A stretch of 64,000 nucleotides of DNA from Patescibacteria group bacterium (GTDB taxonomy: Bacteria > Patescibacteriota > Patescibacteriia > UBA10025 > JAHIVO01). Numbering within the stretch: position 1 is the stretch's first letter; each line of letters opens with the position of its first letter. Made by a program: the position numbers and the translations under genes. The notes below the pieces were generated by a model. It was not told where the DNA came from, searched no databases, and saw only the letters and a program-made list of their open reading frames with translations. Shown here in pieces: positions 12,258-21,868 of this stretch. The DNA lies in contig JAQULM010000002.1 of NCBI GenBank assembly GCA_028718605.1, positions 65,776 to 129,775 on the forward strand. Direction: 5' to 3'.

Positions 12258-13211
12258 ATGCCAAAAATACTCATTACTGGCGCGTGCGGCCAGATCGGCT
12301 CCGAAATGACCCTGGCACTCCGCGAGCGATACGGAAAGGACAACGTGCTTGCGACGGATATCAGGGAGCCGGAAGACGAAAACTTGCGCGCGAGCGGGGC
12401 ATTCGAATACCTGAATGTGCTGGAAGAGCAGCATATCGCCCGCCTCGTCCAAAAATATAAAATTGATACCATTTACCATCTCGTCGGCATTCTCTCTGCG
12501 GCGGGCGAGAAGAACCCCGATAACGCCTGGATGGTAAACGTCAACAGCCTGAAAAACGTACTCGATCTGGCAAAAAACCTCGGCTTACGTCAGGTATTTT
12601 GGCCAAGCTCCATCGCTGCGTTCGGTCCCGGTTCTCCCCGTGAAAACACGCCCCAGGCTACCATCATGGACCCGAATACGATCTACGGCATCACCAAATG
12701 GACTGGAGAACTCTTATGCAACTATTATTACAATAAATACCGCCTGGATGTACGAAGCTTACGGTACCCAGGCCTGATCAGTTACGTTACCCCGCCAGGC
12801 GGAGGGACGACGGACTATGCGATAGATATTTTCTACCAGGCGATCAAGACAAAGCAGTATATCTGCTTCCTGCGCGAAGATACCATGCTGCCTATGATGT
12901 ACATGGATGACGCTATCGGAGGAACGGTCAAGCTCATGGAAGCGCCGGCACATGCCATTCGCACGCGGCTCGCGTATAACTTTACGGCTATCAGTTTCAC
13001 GCCAAAACAGATCGCGGACGAAATAAAAAAACACATCCCTGGCTTCGTCTGCACGTATGCACCGGACCGCCGGCAGACGATCGCCGATACATGGCCCCGC
13101 TCTGTCGACGATTCAGTCGCGCAACGCGACTGGGGTTGGAAGCCACAATATACCCTGAGTGCGATGGTTGAGGATATGCTCAAGCACCTCAAGAAGAAGC
13201 TGAAAACCTAG
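12258..13211 (+). CDS. tdh: SDR-type (NAD-dependent epimerase/dehydratase fold) L-threonine 3-dehydrogenase
   Basis: ILITGACGQIGSE NAD-binding motif, catalytic YGITKWTGE, and nearly colinear similarity to recalled animal/bacterial extended-SDR TDH (RYGKDNV..DIR.P, NVLDLA, GPGSPRENTPQ, RYPGLIS...PGGGTTDYA, DWGWKP). Confidence 0.7.
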   Translation: MPKILITGACGQIGSEMTLALRERYGKDNVLATDIREPEDENLRASGAFEYLNVLEEQHIARLVQKYKIDTIYHLVGILSAAGEKNPDNAWMVNVNSLKNVLDLAKNLGLRQVFWPSSIAAFGPGSPRENTPQATIMDPNTIYGITKWTGELLCNYYYNKYRLDVRSLRYPGLISYVTPPGGGTTDYAIDIFYQAIKTKQYICFLREDTMLPMMYMDDAIGGTVKLMEAPAHAIRTRLAYNFTAISFTPKQIADEIKKHIPGFVCTYAPDRRQTIADTWPRSVDDSVAQRDWGWKPQYTLSAMVEDMLKHLKKKLKT

Positions 13212-13230
13212 CGTAAACAGGACAAAACCG

Positions 13231-15468
13231 TTATTCAGCCGGTTCTTCGTTTGTCTGGCCAGTAGGATCAAGTTGCCCCTGCAATTCTGTCCGTTGGGCT
13301 GCGGCTTTACTGTCATCGGGATCAATGTCCAGCACCACATCAAGCTCCGCAATCGCTTCAGCGATTTTCCCCTGCGCTTCGTATGCGGAAGCGAGCTGCC
13401 GGTGGGCCTCTATAGAATTTGGCTGTGCCGAAATAACCTGCTGAAACGCGCGCACCGCCTTTTCGAAATCGCCTTTTACGCGATAGGCAAGCCCAATATT
13501 GAAATCTACCTCCACGAAGCCGTTTTTTAATTGTCCTGCATGGGAAAAGTCTGCAAGCGCCTGGTCAATAAGCCCCGTTGCCTCGCTCTCGCCGGTTTCA
13601 TCGCTGCCAGACTGTAGCCGGTACTGGCCGGCAAGCAACCGCGCCCGGCCAAGATTTAAGTGCACGAGTGGGCTTGTCGGTTCCAGCTCGGCTGCTTTCG
13701 AATACGCTTTAATCGACAATTCGTCGATATTCCCGATAAGGTTGCGCATGCTATTGTACAGCCGTGCCTGTTGTTCGTACACGACAGGGTCATCTGGAGC
13801 AATCGAAGAAGCGATCCTTAGTTCATCCAGTGTGCGCTGGGTGAGTGCTTGGACGTCTGCGGTAACCTCGTTTGCTTCGGCGGCCTCTAGCTGCGCCTTC
13901 GTGACGTAGCCTTGCGCCAAGCTGACATGGTATGAAGACTCGTGGGGATTCAGGGCGATCGCGCGTTCAAGGTTCTGGAGTATTGACCCGATCCCTTCCT
14001 GTTTCTCGATCCCGTCCTGGGCGCGCACATAGTACCTATCCGCAAGCACAATCCGTGTTCCGAAGAATATGGTTAGAACTGTACCCGTAAGAATAATACA
14101 AAGAAGGACTGTTCCTCCGACAGCAGCCCACGGAGACTTCTGGAACGAATACGACGCCTCGGGCATCCCGCGCCATAACAACGCACGTACGCCAAGTGCG
14201 AAAAGCAGCCACCAGGTAAATTGCAGCGTGAAACTAAATGGAACCATACAGCTCATCACCAGGAGTGCAAGCCAGGAACATACAAGCGAAACTCGTACCA
14301 CCCAGGACATTCCCGGCCGCTTCTCAGCACCGACCATACGCATCCCCCATGCCAAGTACCAGACCGCGATTGCACAGAGAGCGAGCGCCCCACCAAGCCC
14401 TACCCCCGTGCTCAAGCTAAACCACTCATTGGACGGTTTGATAAACCGCAGATTCCAGAGGGGCGTTTCATTGAACGAGACCGGCCGATAGCTAGCAAAA
14501 TCATACGTAAACGTCTGCGGACCAGAACCCCAGAACGGAGAATGTTTCATACTTTGCCATGTAATCTGGGCGGATGTACCCTGATCCAAAAGGACCGTAT
14601 CACTCACCGATGCGTAGAGTAATTTTGATGAATCAATAAAAATCCCGACAGTCGCAATAACAACGATACAGGTTGGGACAAAAACCCACCAGACCGGCAG
14701 TGCCTTTGAGCGTAGCGCAAGAACGCAGAGTAACACAAACGCCCCTACCATGAGGGCGTAGAGTGCTGCGTGTTTATCGAGGAGCATGACAACAGCAAGC
14801 ATAGGCACCAGAAGACCACCGATGCACAACCGCTGCCATAATTTAGTATGGAAGAACAGCATGCCGGTGCCGAGGATAATTCCGAGTGCCGAAATAAGCG
14901 CCGGAGCAGTCGAAGAGTGGGCGATCAGATTAAAACTGTAATCGTGGGTAAATTGCCATGGGAGTATATACACCTCATACGCCTGAAAAATTGTGAATAC
15001 CGCAGCGAGAGCTATAGAAGCAAGCAAGCCCCATAGAAAGCGGAGGATATCAGCTTCGCGCCGAACGGTCTGAATGATTAAGTATGCAAAGATGATATAA
15101 CAGAGTGTTACGATAATACCAGAACTGAAATAGCCCCCAACTCCCACAGTGCTCACGTAGTAGCTCTGGGATGCAGCGAATGCGACGCAGAAAAAAATGA
15201 TAAAAACGACCATTAGCCGGTCGAATGGCGTCCGGAAATGGCTGCCACGGCGTGCGATTACCGCGCGAAGTAAATAGAGTGTAGCGGCTGCTAACACTGC
15301 TCCGGAAAATAGCATAACTTTCGGCAGCTCAACCTGGTACCGCAGCCCGGGGAGAAAAAACAACGGGAGGAGCACCACAATACCAAACAATCCCCAGTAG
15401 ACTCCATGGTCAAGTGCCCGTACGGTTCGCTCGCCATTCACCATTCCAAAAAAACGTCGAATTTCCAT
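13231..15468 (-). CDS. Polytopic membrane protein with an O-antigen ligase (Wzy_C)-like domain and a C-terminal TPR repeat region
   Basis: More than 10 predicted TM helices in the first ~450 aa, then at least four TPR-like repeats (e.g. LAYRVKGDFEKAVRAFQQVISAQPNSIEAHRQLASAYEAQGKIAEA). Confidence 0.65.
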   Translation of the reverse strand: MEIRRFFGMVNGERTVRALDHGVYWGLFGIVVLLPLFFLPGLRYQVELPKVMLFSGAVLAAATLYLLRAVIARRGSHFRTPFDRLMVVFIIFFCVAFAASQSYYVSTVGVGGYFSSGIIVTLCYIIFAYLIIQTVRREADILRFLWGLLASIALAAVFTIFQAYEVYILPWQFTHDYSFNLIAHSSTAPALISALGIILGTGMLFFHTKLWQRLCIGGLLVPMLAVVMLLDKHAALYALMVGAFVLLCVLALRSKALPVWWVFVPTCIVVIATVGIFIDSSKLLYASVSDTVLLDQGTSAQITWQSMKHSPFWGSGPQTFTYDFASYRPVSFNETPLWNLRFIKPSNEWFSLSTGVGLGGALALCAIAVWYLAWGMRMVGAEKRPGMSWVVRVSLVCSWLALLVMSCMVPFSFTLQFTWWLLFALGVRALLWRGMPEASYSFQKSPWAAVGGTVLLCIILTGTVLTIFFGTRIVLADRYYVRAQDGIEKQEGIGSILQNLERAIALNPHESSYHVSLAQGYVTKAQLEAAEANEVTADVQALTQRTLDELRIASSIAPDDPVVYEQQARLYNSMRNLIGNIDELSIKAYSKAAELEPTSPLVHLNLGRARLLAGQYRLQSGSDETGESEATGLIDQALADFSHAGQLKNGFVEVDFNIGLAYRVKGDFEKAVRAFQQVISAQPNSIEAHRQLASAYEAQGKIAEAIAELDVVLDIDPDDSKAAAQRTELQGQLDPTGQTNEEPAE

Positions 15469-15477
15469 ATACCTTTA

Positions 15478-16344
15478 TCATGAAACAATTTTTCGAATGA
15501 TCGCGCCAAGCTCCTCGGCCGAATAAAAGTGAACGGTAATGGTGCCGCGCTGCCCCTGCCGGCGTAATTCAACACGCGTTCCGAGCGCTTCCTCGAGATC
15601 CTGCTCGTGCTGGCGAAGATTCGGGTCTTTCTGCCCGCGCCGTGAACGCCGGCGCGCTCCTCCTGCATGGGCTTTGTCTTCAGTATCCCGCACTGTAAGC
15701 CCACCCGCGATAATCGACTTGAACAACCGGTCACGGTCTCCTGCGTCCTTGATTGCAAGCAGCGCTTTCGCATGGCCTTCTGTCAGGCCCCCCTCGGCGA
15801 TAGCGCGCTGGATTTCAGGAGAGAGCGTCAAGAGCCGCAATGTATTTGCAACGGTCGCCCTGTTCTGGCCTACCTTCTTCGCAACTGCCTCCTGTGTCAA
15901 AGTGAATTCCTCCATCAGGCGTTCATACCCGTACGCCTTCTCGATAGGATTTAAATTCTGGCGTTGTACGTTTTCAACGAGCGCAAGCTCCAATTTTTCC
16001 TGCTCGGATGCGCTCCTGACGATTGCCGGCACCGTCGTCAGACCAAGCATCTTTGCCGCTCGCAATCGGCGTTCACCCGCAATCAGCTCATACCCATCCT
16101 TAAGCTTAATCACGATGAGCGGCTGGATAATGCCGTGCTCTTTGATGGAACCAATAAGATCTTCGAGTGACGGACGGTCAAAGTGTTGCCGCGGCTGTTG
16201 TGGATTCGGTTGGATAGCGCCGATTGGAATATGGAGGACGGAGTCACCGCTTACTTCCGATGATTGTTGAATGCTCGAACCGCTGGACGGCAGCTTCTGA
16301 GGTATCAACGAACCTAATCCCCTCCCAAGTGTGCTTTTTACCAT
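15478..16344 (-). CDS. parB: Chromosome partitioning protein ParB (Spo0J)
   Basis: ParB box GERRLRAAKMLGL, an HTH, and a C-terminal dimerisation region; lies upstream of parA on the same strand. Confidence 0.85.
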   Translation of the reverse strand: MVKSTLGRGLGSLIPQKLPSSGSSIQQSSEVSGDSVLHIPIGAIQPNPQQPRQHFDRPSLEDLIGSIKEHGIIQPLIVIKLKDGYELIAGERRLRAAKMLGLTTVPAIVRSASEQEKLELALVENVQRQNLNPIEKAYGYERLMEEFTLTQEAVAKKVGQNRATVANTLRLLTLSPEIQRAIAEGGLTEGHAKALLAIKDAGDRDRLFKSIIAGGLTVRDTEDKAHAGGARRRSRRGQKDPNLRQHEQDLEEALGTRVELRRQGQRGTITVHFYSAEELGAIIRKIVS

Positions 16345-16367
16345 ACATGTACAATAATTATTGCTTT

Positions 16368-17141
<774 letters not shown>

Positions 17142-17227
17142 AGGTCGATAGGTAATGGATACAGTATATCAGAAAATCATTGACAAAAACAGCATTTTTC
17201 CATACAATCGTACACACACCAACACGC

Positions 17228-17260
17228 GCCGGGATGGCGGAATTGGTAGACGCACAGGAC
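17228..17260 (+). repeat. 33-nt exact duplicate of the 5' half of tRNA-Leu(CAA) (acceptor 5' arm, D-arm and 5' anticodon stem), followed by diverged tRNA-like sequence
   Basis: GCCGGGATGGCGGAATTGGTAGACGCACAGGAC is identical to 17543-17575. The copy continues CTCAAAATC with only patchy similarity to the real tRNA after a 19-nt palindrome. Confidence 0.8.
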
Positions 17261-17279
17261 CTGCCTGCCGGCAGGCAGG
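17261..17279. repeat. Perfect 19-nt palindrome CTGCCTGCCGGCAGGCAGG inserted at the anticodon-stem position of the partial tRNA-Leu copy
   Basis: Read directly from the sequence. Related CCTGCC...GGCAGG palindromes occur at 53439-53458 and as half-sites beside tRNA-Asn (42701-42709, 42795-42806). Confidence 0.7.
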
Positions 17280-17296
17280 CTCAAAATCGCCTCGTG

Positions 17297-17542
17297 ATGC
17301 ATATGACAACCGTGTACGCTATAAAAAGCAGACTTAGAAACTATATCTATGTTGGCATGACGGGCAATCTCAACGACAGACTCACCCAGCACGCACGGGG
17401 GTACAGTAAAACAACAAAACCATATCGACCATTTAGATTGATATATTCTAAGGTATTCCGTACGCGTTTCGAGGCGCGGGCGGAAGAAAAACGCCTTAAA
17501 AGTGGTATCGGCAAAGAGTGGTTACGTTCGCTGCAATCATGA
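17297..17542 (+). CDS. Small GIY-YIG nuclease-family protein (UPF0213/YhbQ-like), gene abuts tRNA-Leu
   Basis: VYAIKSRLRNYIYVGMTGNLNDRLTQHARG...EARAEEKRLKS matches the GIY-YIG motifs (GIY/YVG, conserved R, E, N). The start is taken as ATG 17297 (alternative 17303); the track ORF extends further upstream only because it has no stop there. The stop codon ends 1 nt before tRNA-Leu. Confidence 0.7.
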   Translation: MHMTTVYAIKSRLRNYIYVGMTGNLNDRLTQHARGYSKTTKPYRPFRLIYSKVFRTRFEARAEEKRLKSGIGKEWLRSLQS

Positions 17543-17629
17543 GCCGGGATGGCGGAATTGGTAGACGCACAGGACTCAAAATCCTGCGATGGCAACATCA
17601 TGAGAGTTCGATTCTCTCTCCCGGCACCA
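17543..17629 (+). tRNA. tRNA-Leu (anticodon CAA), long variable arm, CCA encoded
   Basis: Acceptor GCCGGGA/TCCCGGC, D-arm GCGG-AATTGGTAGA-CGC, anticodon loop CTCAAAA, long extra arm, T-loop TTCGATT, discriminator A followed by CCA. Confidence 0.85.
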
Positions 17630-17781
17630 ACGCACTTGCGCAGAAACGCACAGTCGTATATACTAGCATGGACTCTTACTTTCTTCGCCGAGTCCGCCCA
17701 TGGGTGGACGAGGAAATGAGCAATGCACGAAGGGTGAAGTCCGCCCATGGGCGGACGGAACCCGAAGTGCCATTGCAACGC

Positions 17782-17856
17782 CGCCGGGTAGAGCAGTGGC
17801 AGCTCGCGGGGCTCATAATCCCGAGGTCGGGGGTTCGAATCCCCCCCCGGCAACCA
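17782..17856 (+). tRNA. Initiator tRNA-fMet (anticodon CAT), CCA encoded
   Basis: C1:A72 mismatch, three consecutive G-C pairs in the anticodon stem (CGGGG/TCCCG), anticodon loop CTCATAA, T-loop TTCGAAT. These are the bacterial initiator hallmarks. Confidence 0.8.
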
Positions 17857-18007
17857 CGCCAGCGTTTGCCTAAAGCAGACAAGGGCGAGACCAAAATATT
17901 TACATCCGAGCTGAATCAGCGATTCAGCGAGGAAAGGAGAAACGGCATGGAGGGCGGAGTTTTCGATTGACGGATCGGAAACGGAGCCCGGAGCGCCGTT
18001 TGGACGC

Positions 18008-18081
18008 GCCAGGGTAGCTCAGCTGGTTAGAGCGTGGGACTCATAAGCCCAAGGTCGTGGGTTCGATCCCCACCCCTGGTA
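18008..18081 (+). tRNA. tRNA with CAT anticodon (elongator Met or lysidine-dependent Ile2); no encoded CCA
   Basis: Acceptor GCCAGGG/CCCTGGT, D-arm GCTC-AGCTGGTTA-GAGC, anticodon loop CTCATAA, T-loop TTCGATC. An A31-G39 mismatch leaves the Met/Ile2 identity unresolved. Confidence 0.7.
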
Positions 18082-18117
18082 CGGTCAGGTGGGCAGCTGC
18101 TTGTATCGGATTTCAAT

Positions 18118-18660
18118 ATGTACGCAACGACACACGTCCTGGCAGGGATCGTCATAAGCCAACACACTCCCAATATATGGTGGGCGTTCTTCCTGTCCCT
18201 ACTGTCGCACTATGCGCTTGATTTTATCCCGCACGGCGACCGCCCCGTTGAACGGTGGATCAAGCGTGGCCCGCATCTCGCCCGCTCGATTACCGTACTC
18301 TCGATCGATTTTGCACTGCTCATGGTCATTCTCGCGACTACCTATCACCAGTTAAAGCTCCCGGCTCCCTCAGTCCTCACCGCAGCGCTCATCGGAAGCC
18401 TGCTCCCGGATTTCCTCTGGATTGTCTACGACCTCTACGTGCGCCACATGAAAAAACATCGTCTGTTCAGCCCGCTCTTCAAGCGGTGGTACACAAGGAT
18501 TCTTATTACCTACATTGAACCGACGCTCAACCACCACAAACGGATCCACAGCTACATCGACAGTGTGCTCAATACCCATCATTTCCCCGCACTTATTGGC
18601 ACGATAATTCAAATCACCTTCGCGGGGGTATTTGCCCTTTTAGCTGTGTATTTCTGGTGA
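18118..18660 (+). CDS. Membrane-bound metal-dependent hydrolase-like protein (DUF457/YdjM family)
   Basis: Start placed at the ATG after the tRNA (MYATTHVLAGIV); the track ORF begins inside the tRNA. His-rich motifs THVLAG and LLSHYALDFIPHGD are typical of DUF457; four TM segments. Confidence 0.45.
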   Translation: MYATTHVLAGIVISQHTPNIWWAFFLSLLSHYALDFIPHGDRPVERWIKRGPHLARSITVLSIDFALLMVILATTYHQLKLPAPSVLTAALIGSLLPDFLWIVYDLYVRHMKKHRLFSPLFKRWYTRILITYIEPTLNHHKRIHSYIDSVLNTHHFPALIGTIIQITFAGVFALLAVYFW

Positions 18661-19440
18661 TCGCTTCCGCAAACGTAACGCGAAGAGCAACCCGGCTCCC
18701 AACAACAACGCTATACATAACCATTGGGTAAGGAGCAACGGCCCGGCAGAGAACATCCCGATCCGTAAAAAATCGAGGCAAAATCGGATACTGGAAAACA
18801 GCATGATATAGATAAGTGTCAGGCTGCCAGTTTGAAGTGCACGGAATCGATACAACGCGCCAATGATCCCGAACACCACCAGCATGAAAAGCGACTCATA
18901 CAGGAAAAGCGGATGGTAATATTCGACAGTAAAATAACCGGGAAGACGGTGTGCCATATCGATCGGTATGCCCCACGCTGCATCTGTCGGTGTTCCGTAT
19001 AATTCTTGGTTGAAGTAGTTCCCCCACCGGCCGATTGCTTGCATGAGCGGCAAGGAAACCACGATAACGTCAGTGATAAGCCAGAACGACAAACGCTTCA
19101 TTCTCGCGTAGACCGCAGTTGCAATCAGGCATGCAAACAAAACTCCATGAAACGCAAGCCCCCCGTCCCAGATGCGCACCATTGTCTCGGGATGCGCCGA
19201 GTAGTATTGCCATTCGCCGATGATATGGCCGATCCTGCCGCCGATCACCCCGGCGAATGCAAGCAGAAAAAACAGGTTGTAGATATGGTACTCTCGAACC
19301 TGTTTTTTCCGTGCTATTGAAAGTGTGATAATGAACCCGACGAGCACCGCGACTGCCATGATAACCCCGTACCAGTAAACAACCACTGATCCCAGTGTCA
19401 ATGCAATTGCGTCCGGATGTGCTGTATGGAGGACGTTCAT
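18640..19440 (-). CDS. lgt: Prolipoprotein diacylglyceryl transferase
   Basis: WYGVIMAVAVLVG N-terminus, Lgt signature GRWGNYFNQELYG, seven TM helices. Confidence 0.85.
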   Translation of the reverse strand: MNVLHTAHPDAIALTLGSVVVYWYGVIMAVAVLVGFIITLSIARKKQVREYHIYNLFFLLAFAGVIGGRIGHIIGEWQYYSAHPETMVRIWDGGLAFHGVLFACLIATAVYARMKRLSFWLITDVIVVSLPLMQAIGRWGNYFNQELYGTPTDAAWGIPIDMAHRLPGYFTVEYYHPLFLYESLFMLVVFGIIGALYRFRALQTGSLTLIYIMLFSSIRFCLDFLRIGMFSAGPLLLTQWLCIALLLGAGLLFALRLRKRSPEIHS

Positions 19441-19463
19441 GGATTGAACGCCGGATGCGCTAC

Positions 19464-20237
19464 TTAGTCCTGCTCAAGCGCGAGGTCCACGACAGCCTTG
19501 AAATACGCGTACGGCCGTGCGCCCGAAACCAACCGTCCGTTCACAAACGTTGCGGGGGTGCCGTTGACGCCGAGGGCTGCTCCTGCAGTAATACTATCCT
19601 CAACCTTAGTCGTATATTTGCCATCATCAAGACATTTGTTGAATGTCGCCGTATTCAGCCCTAAATCCTTCGCATAGGTCTTCAAATTGTCGACCGCCAA
19701 CGCATCCTGGTTTTCGAACATCTTGTCATGCATTTCCCAGAACTTTCCCTGGTCAGCGGCGCATTCTGATGCTTCAGCTGCTTTCTGGGCGTTATCATGC
19801 AATGAGGTGAGGGGGAAGTGCCGGTATATGAGCTCAACCTGGCCAGCATAGTCTTCCATCAATTGATCAATTGACGCCAAAACTCTGCTGCAATATGGGC
19901 ATTCGAAATCTGAATACTGGACAATGGTAATGGGAGCGTCTTTCGTGCCGGTTGTATGGTCTGTGTCGGCCACCGCAACATCCACCTTGGTAAGTGAAGC
20001 GGCATATTCTTCGGGAGTCGGCTCAGTATTCGTATTAGCCGCCGCCGTGTTCGTAGTATTTGTGGTGGCAACTGAATTGTTCGTATTCGTCACGTCAGAC
20101 TTGAGAAGCGAGAATGTCAATAAAAATGCAGTCAGCGATGCTACCGTAATACCCACGAGGATGCCCATGGTGAATGCCATTTTGGGCGGTGTCCGGAAAA
20201 CAACTTTATCGTCCCCCTTGTTGAATTCATTTTGCAT
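19464..20237 (-). CDS. Membrane-anchored DsbA-like thiol:disulfide oxidoreductase (thioredoxin fold, CPYC)
   Basis: N-terminal TM anchor, a Thr/Asn-rich linker, and a thioredoxin domain with FECPYCSRV. Confidence 0.7.
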   Translation of the reverse strand: MQNEFNKGDDKVVFRTPPKMAFTMGILVGITVASLTAFLLTFSLLKSDVTNTNNSVATTNTTNTAAANTNTEPTPEEYAASLTKVDVAVADTDHTTGTKDAPITIVQYSDFECPYCSRVLASIDQLMEDYAGQVELIYRHFPLTSLHDNAQKAAEASECAADQGKFWEMHDKMFENQDALAVDNLKTYAKDLGLNTATFNKCLDDGKYTTKVEDSITAGAALGVNGTPATFVNGRLVSGARPYAYFKAVVDLALEQD

Positions 20238-20311
20238 GATCGTATACCTTTCGTTCTTATTAATTAATTTTAATTATTTGTGTATCAATGATAACAAACA
20301 CAAAGAGCATG

Positions 20312-21019
20312 TCAAGGACTGACGGTATTCGAAGAGGCATAAATCGAGAGGAGTTGGTCGATTATCGTTTGAAATTCTGCAAACGTGACGGTACCCTGGA
20401 ACTTACGGCCGTTGATAAAGAACGTTGGCGTACTGGTCGCGCCGACGATATACCCATCAGCGAAGTCCGCCTGTACCTCATCAGCGTACTTCCCCGAGTC
20501 GAGGCATTCGGAAAAACGATTGAAATCAAGGCCAATTTGAGTTGCGAAATTTTTATAGGCAGTTACTGAGAGATCGACCTGGTTCTGAAAAAGCTTATCG
20601 TGCATCTCCCAGAAGCGGCCCTGCTCGTGAGCACATTCAGCGGCTTCCGAAGCTTTAATGTGGGCTTCGGCAGTCGGCAGGTCACGATAAATTATCTTGA
20701 TGTCATCCCCATACACCGAGGCGAGCTCACGAATGACCGGGAATGCCTGGTTGCAGTACGGGCAAAAAAAGTCGGCAAACTCAACAATGACAACCTGGGC
20801 GTTTTCCCCCCCCATGTACGGATCATCGGCCGATTGAATGATCTTCTGTGCTACCGAGCCTGTCACGCCGCCATTCACATTGTTAATGTTCTGCCTCACA
20901 AGGACGTAAAAATATACCGCGAACGAAGCGACGCACAGGAAAATGAAACCAAACCCAACGAGCCACCATTTCCACATGGCCCGCTTCTTCACTGGCTTAC
21001 TCGACTCCATTGGTTCCAT
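20312..21019 (-). CDS. Second membrane-anchored DsbA-like oxidoreductase (paralog, CPYC)
   Basis: N-terminal TM anchor, FFCPYCNQ active site, and the same C-terminal motifs as the neighbouring gene (FWEMHDK.F.NQ). Confidence 0.7.
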   Translation of the reverse strand: MEPMESSKPVKKRAMWKWWLVGFGFIFLCVASFAVYFYVLVRQNINNVNGGVTGSVAQKIIQSADDPYMGGENAQVVIVEFADFFCPYCNQAFPVIRELASVYGDDIKIIYRDLPTAEAHIKASEAAECAHEQGRFWEMHDKLFQNQVDLSVTAYKNFATQIGLDFNRFSECLDSGKYADEVQADFADGYIVGATSTPTFFINGRKFQGTVTFAEFQTIIDQLLSIYASSNTVSP

Positions 21020-21043
21020 ATAATGCCGATTGGCTTGCGTTTA

Positions 21044-21253
21044 CTACGGAAACAGGCGTTTGTCACTATCGTCATAGATTTCGATTGCCTGTGTTGGGCA
21101 TGATTTTGCCGCATCCATAATGGTTTGCTCGTCAGCGCCAGTCGGGTTTTTCAATACGACCTTGCCCTCTGCGTCGAGCTCAAAAACATCAGGGGCAATA
21201 GCAACACACGAGCCCGCCGAAATGCACTTATCCCGAATCAATTTAATCTTCAT
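21044..21253 (-). CDS. Small single-cluster ferredoxin (three-Cys, likely [3Fe-4S]/[4Fe-4S] Pyrococcus/Thermotoga type)
   Basis: MKIKLIRDKCISAGSCVAIAPDVFELD...AAKSCPTQAIEIYDD has ferredoxin spacing with three Cys. The real start is probably the internal Met (21253) rather than the track start at 21319. Confidence 0.6.
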   Translation of the reverse strand: MKIKLIRDKCISAGSCVAIAPDVFELDAEGKVVLKNPTGADEQTIMDAAKSCPTQAIEIYDDSDKRLFP

Positions 21254-21355
21254 ACGTACCGTGGTTAATGGTAAATAGTATGCAGACTGTATTATAGCAC
21301 GCCCGCGTGAACACGTCATGAATGGGGCGCCACCAGTAAACCAACAGCCCCTTTT

Positions 21356-21853
21356 TTACTGCCCTCCATTGCGCTTACCGAGCTTTGCATCAAGCATATA
21401 GAGGGCATGGGTCTGGTTGCCGATCTGATCCAGTCTTTCAGCAATTTCGAGAGTGCTTGCCTCTTCCTCAACCTGCTCCTTGATAAACCAGTGCAATAAC
21501 TCCTCAAATGCATAGTCTTTTTGGGCATGCGCGAGTTCATACAGCTGGTTGATTTTTTCGGTAATGTACTGCTCATGTTCATAGGCGAGTCTGAACGCTT
21601 TGTTTGCCGGGGGTAACTGTGTGGGTGGTTGCTTGATTGTCTTCAATGACACGGTACCTGCACGAGCGATCATGAAATTGTAAAACTTCATCGCATGTTC
21701 AATCTCTTCTTTGGCTTGGGCTTCGAGCCATGTGCCAATCCCCTTCAGGTTGAATGCGTGATAGTGCGCAGCAAGGGCGAGGTACAAATATGCGGAGTAG
21801 AGCTCTTCGTTGATCTGGTCATTGATTGCGTCTTGGATTTTTTTTGAAATCAT
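21356..21853 (-). CDS. Ferritin (non-haem bacterial ferritin, diiron ferroxidase)
   Basis: DAINDQINEELYSAYLYLALAAHY..AQAKEEIEHAMKFYNF..AYEHEQYITEKINQL is colinear with the ferritin ferroxidase-site motifs (E, ExxH, E, QxxE). Confidence 0.8.
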   Translation of the reverse strand: MISKKIQDAINDQINEELYSAYLYLALAAHYHAFNLKGIGTWLEAQAKEEIEHAMKFYNFMIARAGTVSLKTIKQPPTQLPPANKAFRLAYEHEQYITEKINQLYELAHAQKDYAFEELLHWFIKEQVEEEASTLEIAERLDQIGNQTHALYMLDAKLGKRNGGQ

Positions 21854-21868
21854 AAAATTGAAGATTGA

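Noticed and set aside
17228-17629. Interpretation of the partial tRNA-Leu plus downstream full tRNA-Leu as a group I (or archaeal-type) tRNA intron hosting the GIY-YIG ORF
   Set aside because: An intron would be followed only by the 3' exon. Here a complete second 5' half with its own acceptor arm follows, so the arrangement is a duplication with an intact downstream gene, not a split gene.
17347-17970. Track ORFs 17347-17853 (minus) and 17518-17970 (plus) spanning the tRNA cluster
   Set aside because: They run straight through three well-formed tRNA genes and the structured palindromic leader. Their translations are Arg/Pro/Gly-rich, typical of reading GC-rich RNA genes in a wrong frame.
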